A DNA stretch of 64,000 nt, from the NCBI GenBank assembly GCA_045863295.1, contig BTWA01000001.1:244337-308336 (forward strand). Direction: 5' to 3'. The position numbers and the translations under genes were made by a program. Position 1 is the first letter of the stretch, and each line of letters opens with the position of its first letter. Positions 53,620 to 62,637 of the stretch are shown one piece after another. The DNA is from Candidatus Hydrogenedentota bacterium. GTDB lineage: Bacteria > Hydrogenedentota > Hydrogenedentia > Hydrogenedentales > SLHB01. The notes beneath the pieces are model-generated. The model searched no databases. It worked only from the letters and a program-made list of their open reading frames with translations, and was not told the origin of the DNA.

Positions 53620-56600
53620 ATGAATGGTCGACGGATGCGGAAGGCCGCCGGAATGTCGTTGCTGTGCCTGCTCGTGGCGGCAATGACGGTATACGGCGGA
53701 GCGTTGACTGCCCAGGCGCAGGGGGCATCGGGCGCCGTGGAAGCTCCAATTGTTACCGAGCCCCAACCCACCGCCGCGGAGAGCGGTCCCGAACCCCAGG
53801 GCGTGAGCCCGGCGGACGAGGCCTACAATGAAGGGGTGGCTCTCTACAACCGGGGCATGTTCCTGGAGGCCTTGAACAGTTTTAACAGGGCCCTTGCGAA
53901 CGATCCCAATCATCCTCACGCGAAGACCATGGCGGAACGCGCCCAGACGAAGTTACAGACCACGGCCGTAGGCCAGGAACCGGCTGTGCTTCAGACGTTC
54001 GAAACCTTCGAAGCCAAGCCCGCGGAATCGGAGACGACTTCCGATGCAGGCATTCCCGAATCGGCCGAAGAACTCCGCTACCAGACGGTGAAGGAACTGC
54101 TTGAGCAAGGCCAATTCCTGCTGGAGAACCGCAAGTTCGAACGTGCCCAGAAATTATTCGAGCGCGCCCTGATTATCGATCCCGAGAACAAGACCGCGGC
54201 CCGTCTGCTGCAAGAAGCGACAATCGGCACCTTTGACGAACGGCTTCCCCGCGAATGGCAGAAACTGGAAATCGACCGCCTCCGCATTCGCGAAAAGAGC
54301 GAACAAATCAAGCAACTCCCCGACGGCGCGGACGCATACGGCATCAAGGACATCACCATCAGCGTTCCGGTCGCCGAAGAAGAATTTGTCCGTGAAGAAG
54401 AAAAGACCGACATCGAAAAAGCGCTGGATGAATTCGTCTCCATTGAATTCGAAGAGGAACACATCAGCAATATTCTCGATTACATCGCGGAATACGCGAG
54501 CATCAACATCGTGCTCGACAGCCGCGTCGTAGACCCGCCGCGCCAACCGGTGCCGCAGGTCCAACCCGGCGTACCGGGCACAGTTCCCGGCGGCGTTCCC
54601 GGAATTCCCGGGCAGCCCGGTTTTGGCGCGCCCCAACCGTTCGGCGTTCCGGGTCAAGGATTTCAGCAACCAGTTCCCGTGCAACAGCCGGCCTTCGAAC
54701 CGACCGGCGATCCCGATGAAGATCGCCGGGCGTCTCGTCGAGGCGGCGGCCTCGGCAACATTCAGTTGCAGGGCGTCAACGGCCAGTTTGCGACCGGCCC
54801 CGGCGGCCAGCCTGTGTCGGATATCGTTTCCGACGGGTACACGGGCATCTTGAAATTGGATGACGTGCCTCTTCGCGATGCCCTCAAGGCTGTGCTCCGC
54901 CCCCTGAATCTTGATTTCAGCGTGCAACCTGGTTTCCTGTGGGTGAGCACGGCCGAAAAGATTCGGACCGAATCGTTCGAAGAAATGGAAACCCGCATCT
55001 ACGAACTGAAAAATGCGGGCGCGGAAACGCTCTTCAAGATTGTCGTGCAGAACCCCGGCGGACTTTCCGGCGGCGGCGGTGGCGGCTTCGGCGGCCAAGG
55101 CGGCGGTTTTGGCGGCCAGGGTGGTTTTGGCGGCGGTCAAGGCGGTTTTGGTGGCGGTGGCTTTGGTGGTCAAAGCGGCGGTTTTGGTGGCGGTGGTTTT
55201 GGCGGCCAAGGTGGCGGTGGCTTCGGCGGCGGTGGCTTTGGCGGTCAAAGCGGTGGTTTTGGCGGCGGTGGTTTTGGCGGCCAAGGTGGTGGTGGTTTTG
55301 GCGGCGGTGGCTTCGGCGGCGGTGGCTTTGGCGGCGGTCAGGGTGGTTTTGGCGGCGGTCAAGGCGGTGGCTTTGGCGGCGGTCAAGGCGGTTTTGGCGG
55401 TGGCCAGGGCGGTTTCGGCGGCGGCTCCATCCAGGTCTCCAATATCTCCCAACTGTTCTCCAACATTAACGACCAACTCGTCGGTGAACCGCCTGCGGTC
55501 ATTGGCATCAGCACGGTTGGCACAGGGCTCGATGCGCGCCAGGGTCAGCAAGGAGCGGGTTTGGGTGCAGGCGGCCGGCGTGACGACGAGTTGGGCGGCG
55601 GCGGCCTCGGCGGCGGCGGTCTTAGCGGCGGCCAGACGGTCGGTACTTCCGGCACGGGATCCAGCTTGGGCAGCTCCGGCGGCTTGGGCGGATTCCAGGG
55701 TCAAGCTGAATTGCTGACCATATTGCAGAGCGCCATTCCCGAGATTGTCGAACCGTTCACCGACGAAGTGTTGTCGTGGATGATCTTCAATCCCACAACC
55801 AACCAACTCATCGTGCACAACACGCCCAGCAATCTGAAGAAAATGGAAGCGATGATCCAGGATCTGGACATTACGCCGAAACAGGTCAGCATCGAAGCGA
55901 AGTTTTTGGCCATATCCGTGACGGATCTCGACAAGATCGGCTTCACGTGGGACCTGACCCTGAGCGATCAGAACAGCCGCAATCGCGTTATTGACGCCAT
56001 CGAAACGCCCGGCGTCTCCGATGCGGACGGCAACCCCGGCTATTTTGCCGATGTCAACGGCGACGGATCGAACGAGATTCTCCCGTTCTATACGCGTCCC
56101 GACGGCACCAACGTAATTAACAACACCGTATCCACCCTTACCGGTACAGGCGCGGTGAATCCCGGACCCGACGGCACGTTTGACCTGAATGCGGTCATCC
56201 TGCAAAACGAGGACGGCGATCAATTGAGCGTTATGATGGACTACCTCAACAGCCTGACGGAGACCGAGTTGTTGAGCGCGCCGCGCGTGACCACGATGAA
56301 CCGCAAACCGGCGGTCATCGCGGATATCCTGACGCAGACGTTCCAGACTCAGGTCTTCCAAGAAATCATTGTGAGCGATTCCGGGTTTGGCGGCGGCGAA
56401 ACGACTGCCTCGGTGCAGCAACCACAATTCTCCACCTTTACGTTCGGTATCGTGTTGTCCGTTACACCGCAAATCAGCGGCAGCAATCAGGTCCGGTTGT
56501 GGCTGAACCCGCAGGTGACCACGCAACAGGGACAAGACGAATTCATCGCGACGTCCACGGTGGACGGAAACACGCAAACCGCGACCATCCGTTTCCCGCG

Positions 56601-56847
56601 CGTGTCGATTCAATCCGTCTGGACCAACGTCATCGTGAACGACGGCGACACGCTTGTGCTGGGCGGGCTCATCACGGATCGCACGACGCGCGGCAAGACC
56701 AAGATGCCGTACGTGGCGGACATTCCGGTGATCGGCTACTTCTTCCGTGGCAAGTCGACGGAAATCACGCAATCGAGCCTGTTGATCTTCACCACGGTGA
56801 ACATCATCGATCCGACCGGTGCACGCTTCTTCGAAGCGGGCGCATAG
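53620..56847 (+). CDS. Secretin (PilQ-like) with N-terminal TPRs and FG/Gly-rich insertion
   Basis: Signal peptide; TPR helices; VSIEFEE; NQLIVHNTPSNL; QVSIEAKF; LSAPRVTTMN; GIVLSVTPQI; PYVADIPVIGYFF. Confidence 0.9.
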   Translation: MNGRRMRKAAGMSLLCLLVAAMTVYGGALTAQAQGASGAVEAPIVTEPQPTAAESGPEPQGVSPADEAYNEGVALYNRGMFLEALNSFNRALANDPNHPHAKTMAERAQTKLQTTAVGQEPAVLQTFETFEAKPAESETTSDAGIPESAEELRYQTVKELLEQGQFLLENRKFERAQKLFERALIIDPENKTAARLLQEATIGTFDERLPREWQKLEIDRLRIREKSEQIKQLPDGADAYGIKDITISVPVAEEEFVREEEKTDIEKALDEFVSIEFEEEHISNILDYIAEYASINIVLDSRVVDPPRQPVPQVQPGVPGTVPGGVPGIPGQPGFGAPQPFGVPGQGFQQPVPVQQPAFEPTGDPDEDRRASRRGGGLGNIQLQGVNGQFATGPGGQPVSDIVSDGYTGILKLDDVPLRDALKAVLRPLNLDFSVQPGFLWVSTAEKIRTESFEEMETRIYELKNAGAETLFKIVVQNPGGLSGGGGGGFGGQGGGFGGQGGFGGGQGGFGGGGFGGQSGGFGGGGFGGQGGGGFGGGGFGGQSGGFGGGGFGGQGGGGFGGGGFGGGGFGGGQGGFGGGQGGGFGGGQGGFGGGQGGFGGGSIQVSNISQLFSNINDQLVGEPPAVIGISTVGTGLDARQGQQGAGLGAGGRRDDELGGGGLGGGGLSGGQTVGTSGTGSSLGSSGGLGGFQGQAELLTILQSAIPEIVEPFTDEVLSWMIFNPTTNQLIVHNTPSNLKKMEAMIQDLDITPKQVSIEAKFLAISVTDLDKIGFTWDLTLSDQNSRNRVIDAIETPGVSDADGNPGYFADVNGDGSNEILPFYTRPDGTNVINNTVSTLTGTGAVNPGPDGTFDLNAVILQNEDGDQLSVMMDYLNSLTETELLSAPRVTTMNRKPAVIADILTQTFQTQVFQEIIVSDSGFGGGETTASVQQPQFSTFTFGIVLSVTPQISGSNQVRLWLNPQVTTQQGQDEFIATSTVDGNTQTATIRFPRVSIQSVWTNVIVNDGDTLVLGGLITDRTTRGKTKMPYVADIPVIGYFFRGKSTEITQSSLLIFTTVNIIDPTGARFFEAGA
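55069..55425 (+). repeat. In-frame GGFGG/GGQ low-complexity repeat (18 FG motifs, 119 aa)
   Basis: Read directly from the translation; includes a duplicated 25-aa unit GGGGFGGQSGGFGGGGFGGQGGGGF. Confidence 0.95.
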
Positions 56848-56874
56848 GACAGACTCCAAAGTCGAAACGGACGT

Positions 56875-56910
56875 GGGCGGCTTCCAAACCGGGAGCCGCC
56901 CCGCTTTTTT
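56875..56910 (+). terminator. Rho-independent terminator after secretin
   Basis: GGGCGGCTTCC-AAACC-GGGAGCCGCCC-CGC-TTTTTT. Confidence 0.7.
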
Positions 56911-56914
56911 GATC

Positions 56915-58186
56915 ATGGCGACGTGGATTTACAATGCAGCGATGTCGGCGGCGGCACCCTTGGGTGCGGCCTATCTGGCGCTGCACCCGAAATACAAACC
57001 GCTGCTTGGCCGGTTCCACCCGCGCCTGCCCGAAGGCGCGCGCATGGAGCGCCCCCTCCTGTTGCACGCATGCAGTGTCGGCGAAGTGAATGTGGCCGCC
57101 ACGTTACACGCGGCGATCGCCCGGCGCTGGCCGGGGATACCCGTTGCCGTGACGGTTTCGACAGTCACGGGGCGCGCTTTGGCCCATCAGAAATTGCCAT
57201 CCGTGCCGGTTCTATGGTTTCCCTTTGATCATTCCCGCGTTGTCCGCCGTTTTTTCCGGGAGATCAATCCTCGGGCAGTATTCCTGCTCGAAACGGAGCT
57301 TTGGCCCAACGCGATTGCGACGGCGGATCGCCACCGGATTCCGGTGGCGGTCTTGAACGGGCGGATTAGCGATCGGGCCTATCCCCGGTACCGGCGCTAC
57401 AAAGGCTGGATCCGGCCTGTGGTGGAACATATTCAGTTGGTCTGCGCGCAGACCGAGGAGCATGCCGGGCGGTTTCGTGAATTGGGAGTTTGCAGCGATT
57501 CGGTCGGAGTGACCGGCAATATGAAATTCGATGGCGTGCGCACCGCCTATACGCCCGGTGAAATGGCGGCCATCCGCGCGTCGTTTGGCTTCGCGGCGGA
57601 TGACCTTGTCCTCGTCTACGGCAGCCTGCGTGCCGGAGATGAACACACCGCGGTTGCGCTGTGGCGGGCCGTCCGGGACTCCCATCCGAGAATTCGGTTT
57701 GTGGTGGCGCCCCGCCATCCGGAGTTTGTGGATACGGTTGCGAATGCGTTTGGCGAGCCCGTGGCGCGGCGAACGCAACCGGCCGAGGATTCCCATTCCG
57801 GTTCGAGCCGCGTGCTCGTGTTGGACACCGTGGGAGAGTTGGCGGGCCTGTACAGCGTTGCCTCGGTCGCGGTTGTCGGCGGCAGCTTTCATCCCGGCGT
57901 GAACGGGCACAATCCTATCGAATCGGCTGCACTCGGCGTGCCCACGCTATTCGGTCCGTACATGAGGAATTTCGCGGATTCCGCGGATGCGCTCCTCCGG
58001 GCGGGCGGTGCCGTTCAGACTCCTGCGGAAGCGTTGGAGGCGGAGGTCCTGCGCCTGATCGCGCACCCGGATCGCGCCTCGCGCCTTGCGGCGAACGGCA
58101 AAGCCGCCATTGCATCCGCCCAGGGGGCGGTGGAACGAACGCTGCGCGCCGTGGAAGAATCAATGCCGGCGGTGTTTCGCGAGTGA
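56915..58186 (+). CDS. waaA: 3-deoxy-D-manno-octulosonic acid (Kdo) transferase
   Basis: HACSVGE; PFD; ETELWPN; NGRISDR; GNMKFD; APRHPE; DTVGEL; GHNPIE. Confidence 0.93.
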   Translation: MATWIYNAAMSAAAPLGAAYLALHPKYKPLLGRFHPRLPEGARMERPLLLHACSVGEVNVAATLHAAIARRWPGIPVAVTVSTVTGRALAHQKLPSVPVLWFPFDHSRVVRRFFREINPRAVFLLETELWPNAIATADRHRIPVAVLNGRISDRAYPRYRRYKGWIRPVVEHIQLVCAQTEEHAGRFRELGVCSDSVGVTGNMKFDGVRTAYTPGEMAAIRASFGFAADDLVLVYGSLRAGDEHTAVALWRAVRDSHPRIRFVVAPRHPEFVDTVANAFGEPVARRTQPAEDSHSGSSRVLVLDTVGELAGLYSVASVAVVGGSFHPGVNGHNPIESAALGVPTLFGPYMRNFADSADALLRAGGAVQTPAEALEAEVLRLIAHPDRASRLAANGKAAIASAQGAVERTLRAVEESMPAVFRE

Positions 58187-58278
58187 ATGCGCACTCGTTG
58201 CGGGAGGCCCGTTCGCTGAACATCGAGTGACCCGAATCAAACCGGATCCGCCAGACGGCCCAGGATATCCCTGACCTC

Positions 58279-59322
58279 ATGCCCTATGTGTTGACGATCG
58301 CCTTGATGATCACGGTTGCCGCGTTGCAGCGGCGGCGATTGATTGCCTTTGCGGATTGGTGCCTGGAACGCGCGGATCAATCGCTCGACGCCGTGCGCAC
58401 ACGCCGCGGGGGCGATTGGCCGGTGGCGCTGGTCTTGCTGTTGCCCGCGCTGGCGGTGTTGGGCGTGTTTGGTGCTGCGCCGTTCGCTTATGCGCTTTAC
58501 CTGAGCGTGCGCACGCTTGAATTGGGCGAGTGGCATTATGTGGGTCTGGATCATTACCGCGAGGCCATTGGCAGTCAGGAAGTCTGGCGGGCCCTGCTCG
58601 TCACGACCTACTACGCGGCGTCCACCATTCCCATCGGGCTGCTGCTGAGCCTTTCCATCGCGTGGCAACTGTATCGCATGCAGTTCGGGAGGACGTTTTT
58701 TCGCACGGCCTATTTCCTGCCGTACGTCACCTCGGCGGTCGCGGCGGCCACGGTCTGGCGCGTTTTGCTTCGCCCGCAACTGGGCGGCGTCAACGGATTT
58801 CTCGAGTCGGTTGGGTTGGAGCCGCAGCGTTGGCTTCTGGAACCGCGGGGCGTGCTGTCTCTTCTAACCGACGGCTGGGCGCCGCACTGGTTCGGCCCCA
58901 GCCTTGGGCTTGCCTGCATCGTTGCCTTCGAGATCTGGCACAGTGCGGGCTTCATGATCGTAGTCTTGCTCGCCGCGTTTACGGCGATACCCCGCGAATT
59001 GGAAGAAGCCGCCCTGATCGACGGCGCAAGCCGGTTACAGGTATTCCGGCACGTGGTGGCGCCGCTGCTTTCGCCGGTCATTTTCTTTCTATTGATCGTC
59101 GGCGTGATTTGGGCGTTTCAGGCGTTCAATAGTTTCTACGCGCTTACCGTGGGCATGCGCCGGCCGGACACACAGAATCTCATCATGCTGATCTACGCGC
59201 AGATCTATGAAAATCAGCGCTACGGGTACGGTTCGGCCATTGCCGTGTTGTTGAGCCTGGGGATTATGCTGCTGTCGTTGGCGCAATGGCGATTGGCCGG
59301 CCGCCGGGTACACTACGAATGA
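58279..59322 (+). CDS. Carbohydrate ABC transporter permease (MalF/UgpA-like)
   Basis: YVGLDHY; FRTAYFLPYV; EAA motif IPRELEEAALIDGA; YGYGSAIA. Confidence 0.9.
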   Translation: MPYVLTIALMITVAALQRRRLIAFADWCLERADQSLDAVRTRRGGDWPVALVLLLPALAVLGVFGAAPFAYALYLSVRTLELGEWHYVGLDHYREAIGSQEVWRALLVTTYYAASTIPIGLLLSLSIAWQLYRMQFGRTFFRTAYFLPYVTSAVAAATVWRVLLRPQLGGVNGFLESVGLEPQRWLLEPRGVLSLLTDGWAPHWFGPSLGLACIVAFEIWHSAGFMIVVLLAAFTAIPRELEEAALIDGASRLQVFRHVVAPLLSPVIFFLLIVGVIWAFQAFNSFYALTVGMRRPDTQNLIMLIYAQIYENQRYGYGSAIAVLLSLGIMLLSLAQWRLAGRRVHYE

Positions 59323-60131
59323 TCTGCCGCGCGATCACCGTTGGCCTTCTTTTGTCCGGCGCAATTATTACACTCTACCCTTTTGCGTGGATGATCGGCA
59401 CGGCGTTTCAGAGCGAAACGCAATCCGCGCTCACAAGGCTATGGTTCTGGCCGGCCGATTGGCACTGGGAAAACGTGGCGGAGACCTTTCGCGCGGCGCC
59501 CTTTGGCCGCTATTTCTACAATACGATGATCACGTCCGTTGTGGTGACCGTTAGCGTTGTCCTCACCTCGCTGTCCGCGGGGTATGCGTTTGCGCGGCTT
59601 CAATTTCCGGGGCGGCGCGGGCTGTTCGCGCTCATCCTCGTCACCATGATGATTCCGTTCGAAGTGGCGCTGATTCCCAACTTCCTGCTCATTCGCGCGT
59701 TGAACTGGTATGACACGTTTGCCGCGCTCATCGTCCCGTGGTGCGCCAACGCATTTTCCATCTTTCTGTTGCGTCAGGCGTTTCTGGGTTTGCCGCGCGA
59801 TTACTTCGACGCCGCGCGTGTCGATGGATGCGGCCACCTGCGTTTCCTCGCGCGGATTGCCGCTCCGCTGGTCAAGCCCATGCTTTCCACCGTGGGCCTC
59901 TTCACCTTTTTGGGAAGCTACAATGCGCTGCTCTGGCCGATCATCGTCACGCAGAGCGAATCGATGCGGGTCGTGCAGTATGGCCTCACCGTATTCTGGG
60001 GATCGGCCGGCGTGCAGATGAATTTGCTCATGTGCGCATCCGCGATTGTGACCGCTCCGACCGTGGCGTTATACTTCCTCGCACAACGCCATTTTGTGGA
60101 CAGTGCCCTCAACGCGGGTATCAAGGGGTAG
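59319..60131 (+). CDS. Carbohydrate ABC transporter permease (MalG/UgpE-like)
   Basis: AGYAFARLQFPGR; MMIPFEV; LPRDYFDAARVDG; LLWPII. Confidence 0.9.
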   Translation: MICRAITVGLLLSGAIITLYPFAWMIGTAFQSETQSALTRLWFWPADWHWENVAETFRAAPFGRYFYNTMITSVVVTVSVVLTSLSAGYAFARLQFPGRRGLFALILVTMMIPFEVALIPNFLLIRALNWYDTFAALIVPWCANAFSIFLLRQAFLGLPRDYFDAARVDGCGHLRFLARIAAPLVKPMLSTVGLFTFLGSYNALLWPIIVTQSESMRVVQYGLTVFWGSAGVQMNLLMCASAIVTAPTVALYFLAQRHFVDSALNAGIKG

Positions 60132-60157
60132 CCCACCACCTTAATCGGGACTGCACT

Positions 60158-61480
60158 ATGCGCCAAACCATTGCCGGCACGCTCACGGTCTTGTGTCTTG
60201 CTCTCCCGGGTTGCGGCGGATCCGGTACAGGGTCCGGACCTGCATCGGAGGATGCGCCGTTTAAGTCGATTGACCCTGCCGCGGTTGTGTTGTGGGACCG
60301 GCAAACACAAGAGTTTTCCGATCTCATCAAAAACATCGCGGATACGTTTAATAAAGACCGCGAAGGATTGCCCGTACGCGTCGAGTACATGGGCGACTAC
60401 AGCGATATCTACCGCAAGGTGACGCTGAGCATTCAAGCGGGCGAACTCCCCTCCATGGCCGTCGGGTACGAAAGCATGACCGCCGAATACGTGCGGTTGG
60501 GCGCGGTCCGGCCCTTGGGCGAGTTCATTCGCGATCCGGAATTGGGTTTTTCGGAAGAGGAGATTGCCGATTTCTTCCCCGGTGTCGTCGACACGAACCG
60601 GTACGGCCAGTTTGGCGGCGAGTACTACTCGTTTCCCTTCTGCAAAAGCGTGCTCACCCTGTTTTTCAACAAGCGCGTGTTGAAGAAGGCCGGTTTCGAC
60701 GGACCGCCGCAAACATGGGACGACTTCCTGGAGCAATGCCGCGCCGTACGGGCCAAGACCGGCAACTACGGGTACGCCCTCAATGCCGACTGTTCCACGC
60801 TCAATGGCATGATCTTCAGCCGGGGCGGCGACATTGTCTCGGGCAATCAATCGCTGTACGACTCGCCCCAATCAATTGCCGCATTCGAATTCCTTGAAAC
60901 GCTCGCGAAAGAAAAACTCGCCTATCAAATCACGCCAGGCACCTACGACGACCGCGAAGCCTTTGCCCAGGACAAAGCGGCCTTCTTCTTCCGGTCAAGT
61001 GTTCACAGACCGTTCACGCAAAAGTTGATGCAGGGCGATCAGGACGCGTGGGGTCTTGCCATGATTCCGCAGGCCGATCCGGCCAATCCGTCCACAGTGT
61101 TGTATGGGCCGAATGTGATGGTCTTCAAAACGGGGAATGAACAAGAACGCGTTGCGTGGGAGTTTATCCGGCACTTCACCTCTCCGGAAATTTCTTCGAA
61201 TTGGGCGCTGATCACTGGGTACATCCCGATGCACAAATCGTCGGCAGCGGACCCGCGCGTTCAGGCCTACTGGAAAGAATGGGAATACAACCGCGTGCCG
61301 TTCGACAGCTTGGCCGTGGCCCGTGCCGAGCCCAATCTCGTGGGCTGGCAGGAAGTACGATCACTGGTGGAACGGGCTTGGTCCGATGTGATGTCTGAAG
61401 TCAAAACAGGCCGGGAAGCCGCGTTGGAATTGAAACAGCAGGCGGATGCGGTGCTCGCACGGTTCCAATCTGCGCGCTGA
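60158..61480 (+). CDS. ABC transporter solute-binding lipoprotein (UgpB-like)
   Basis: Lipobox LPGC; SFPFCKS..LFFNK; PPQTWDDF; AWEFIRHF; TGYIP. Confidence 0.88.
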   Translation: MRQTIAGTLTVLCLALPGCGGSGTGSGPASEDAPFKSIDPAAVVLWDRQTQEFSDLIKNIADTFNKDREGLPVRVEYMGDYSDIYRKVTLSIQAGELPSMAVGYESMTAEYVRLGAVRPLGEFIRDPELGFSEEEIADFFPGVVDTNRYGQFGGEYYSFPFCKSVLTLFFNKRVLKKAGFDGPPQTWDDFLEQCRAVRAKTGNYGYALNADCSTLNGMIFSRGGDIVSGNQSLYDSPQSIAAFEFLETLAKEKLAYQITPGTYDDREAFAQDKAAFFFRSSVHRPFTQKLMQGDQDAWGLAMIPQADPANPSTVLYGPNVMVFKTGNEQERVAWEFIRHFTSPEISSNWALITGYIPMHKSSAADPRVQAYWKEWEYNRVPFDSLAVARAEPNLVGWQEVRSLVERAWSDVMSEVKTGREAALELKQQADAVLARFQSAR

Positions 61481-61485
61481 CCCTG

Positions 61486-62247
61486 CTACTTCGGCTCTTC
61501 AAGACCCATAATCGGCTTCAGCCAGAGCATGATTTGATCGGGCACCGTGGGCACGCCGTCGAGCAGGTCGTGGCCCTGATAGGTGCCCGCATATTCGCGA
61601 AACTCGCACTGACCCTCGGCCTCCTCTTTCAATACCATGCACGTCGATGCCGCGTACGTGTCGCCCTGGGAAGCCATCAGCAGGACCGGCCGGTTGCCGT
61701 ATGCGCTCATGAGACCCGTGCTGGGCACGCCTTTGAGCGATTTGCCAGGAGAGATCATCACCAGCGCCACAATATCCGGTTGATCCAGGGCAAAGTGCAG
61801 GGCAAGGTTCGCGCCTATGTCGACGCCGATAACCGCCATATTGTCAGCGGATACCCCCTCCGCTTCCAATGCGCTCCGCGCCGCGCCGATGTCGCCCAAC
61901 GTTTGAAGCCAATCTTCGGCGTCAAAATCGCGATACGCGCCTCCTTCGTGACCCCGCAAGGTCAGTGACATGACGGCATAGCCGGTTCGTTGCGCCAGCA
62001 GCGCGAGCGGCGTCATTGCATTCAAATCGCGGCCATAGCCATGAATCAGAATCAGGCCGGGAGCGTCGGGCCGCGCGGATTGGAAGTATTCGATGGGCAC
62101 GGGCGCCCCATCCGCGGCAAGAATCTGCCGCTGTTGTCCAGCCGCCGGGCCTCTCGCACTTCGATTGCCGCATCCCGCGCACAACAGGCACGTGAATACC
62201 GCCAATGCAAAGGCGATTCGAGTAGAGTTGGCGATGAGTCGTTTCAT
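61486..62247 (-). CDS. Alpha/beta hydrolase-fold lipoprotein with atypical nucleophile elbow
   Basis: Lipobox CAGC; LILIHG; LRGHEG; IGVDIGAN; LVMISPG; PVLLMASQGD. Confidence 0.75.
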   Translation of the reverse strand: MKRLIANSTRIAFALAVFTCLLCAGCGNRSARGPAAGQQRQILAADGAPVPIEYFQSARPDAPGLILIHGYGRDLNAMTPLALLAQRTGYAVMSLTLRGHEGGAYRDFDAEDWLQTLGDIGAARSALEAEGVSADNMAVIGVDIGANLALHFALDQPDIVALVMISPGKSLKGVPSTGLMSAYGNRPVLLMASQGDTYAASTCMVLKEEAEGQCEFREYAGTYQGHDLLDGVPTVPDQIMLWLKPIMGLEEPK

Positions 62248-62254
62248 AAACAAC

Positions 62255-62286
62255 CGAGGGGATCGGCCATGAGTCCGATCCCCTCG
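62255..62286. terminator. Hairpin between SCP2 and hydrolase genes
   Basis: CGAGGGGATCGG-N8-CCGATCCCCTCG, a 12-bp perfect stem with a weak U-tract on the minus strand. Confidence 0.5.
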
Positions 62287-62313
62287 TCACATGATTCCGT
62301 ACAAAGGCCCCAA

Positions 62314-62637
62314 TTAGATCTTGAAAATGCTCTGGAGTTTCATGGCCAGGCTCATATCGCCTTTGATCTTCAGCTTTCCCGTCAAGAAGGCTGTTTGACC
62401 GTTTAGTTGTCCGGATACGATCTTCAACCAGTTTTCATCCGTTGTGGTCAACGTGATGTTTGGCGTGTCCGCCGTGCCCTGGACAATATCCACAGAACCA
62501 TCGGCCAGCTTCACGTACCACTGCCCGCCGTTGTCGCCGGAGATGTCGAATTGATAAATGCTGTTCATGCCTGCGGTCTTCGCAGGGTCAATCTTGCTGG
62601 AAAGCTCGGAAAAGAACTGTGCAACAGAGTCTGCCAT
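62314..62637 (-). CDS. SCP2 sterol/lipid-binding domain protein
   Basis: YQFDISG..GGQWYV; AFLTGKLKIKGDMSLAMKL; AGGAGG RBS upstream. Confidence 0.92.
   Translation of the reverse strand: MADSVAQFFSELSSKIDPAKTAGMNSIYQFDISGDNGGQWYVKLADGSVDIVQGTADTPNITLTTTDENWLKIVSGQLNGQTAFLTGKLKIKGDMSLAMKLQSIFKI

Noticed and set aside
54154..56916. Long antisense ORFs (920 aa here; also 51736-53919, 24286-25905, 42196-43830 and others)
   Set aside because: Shadows of GC-rich sense genes with clear family motifs; they have no motifs of their own.
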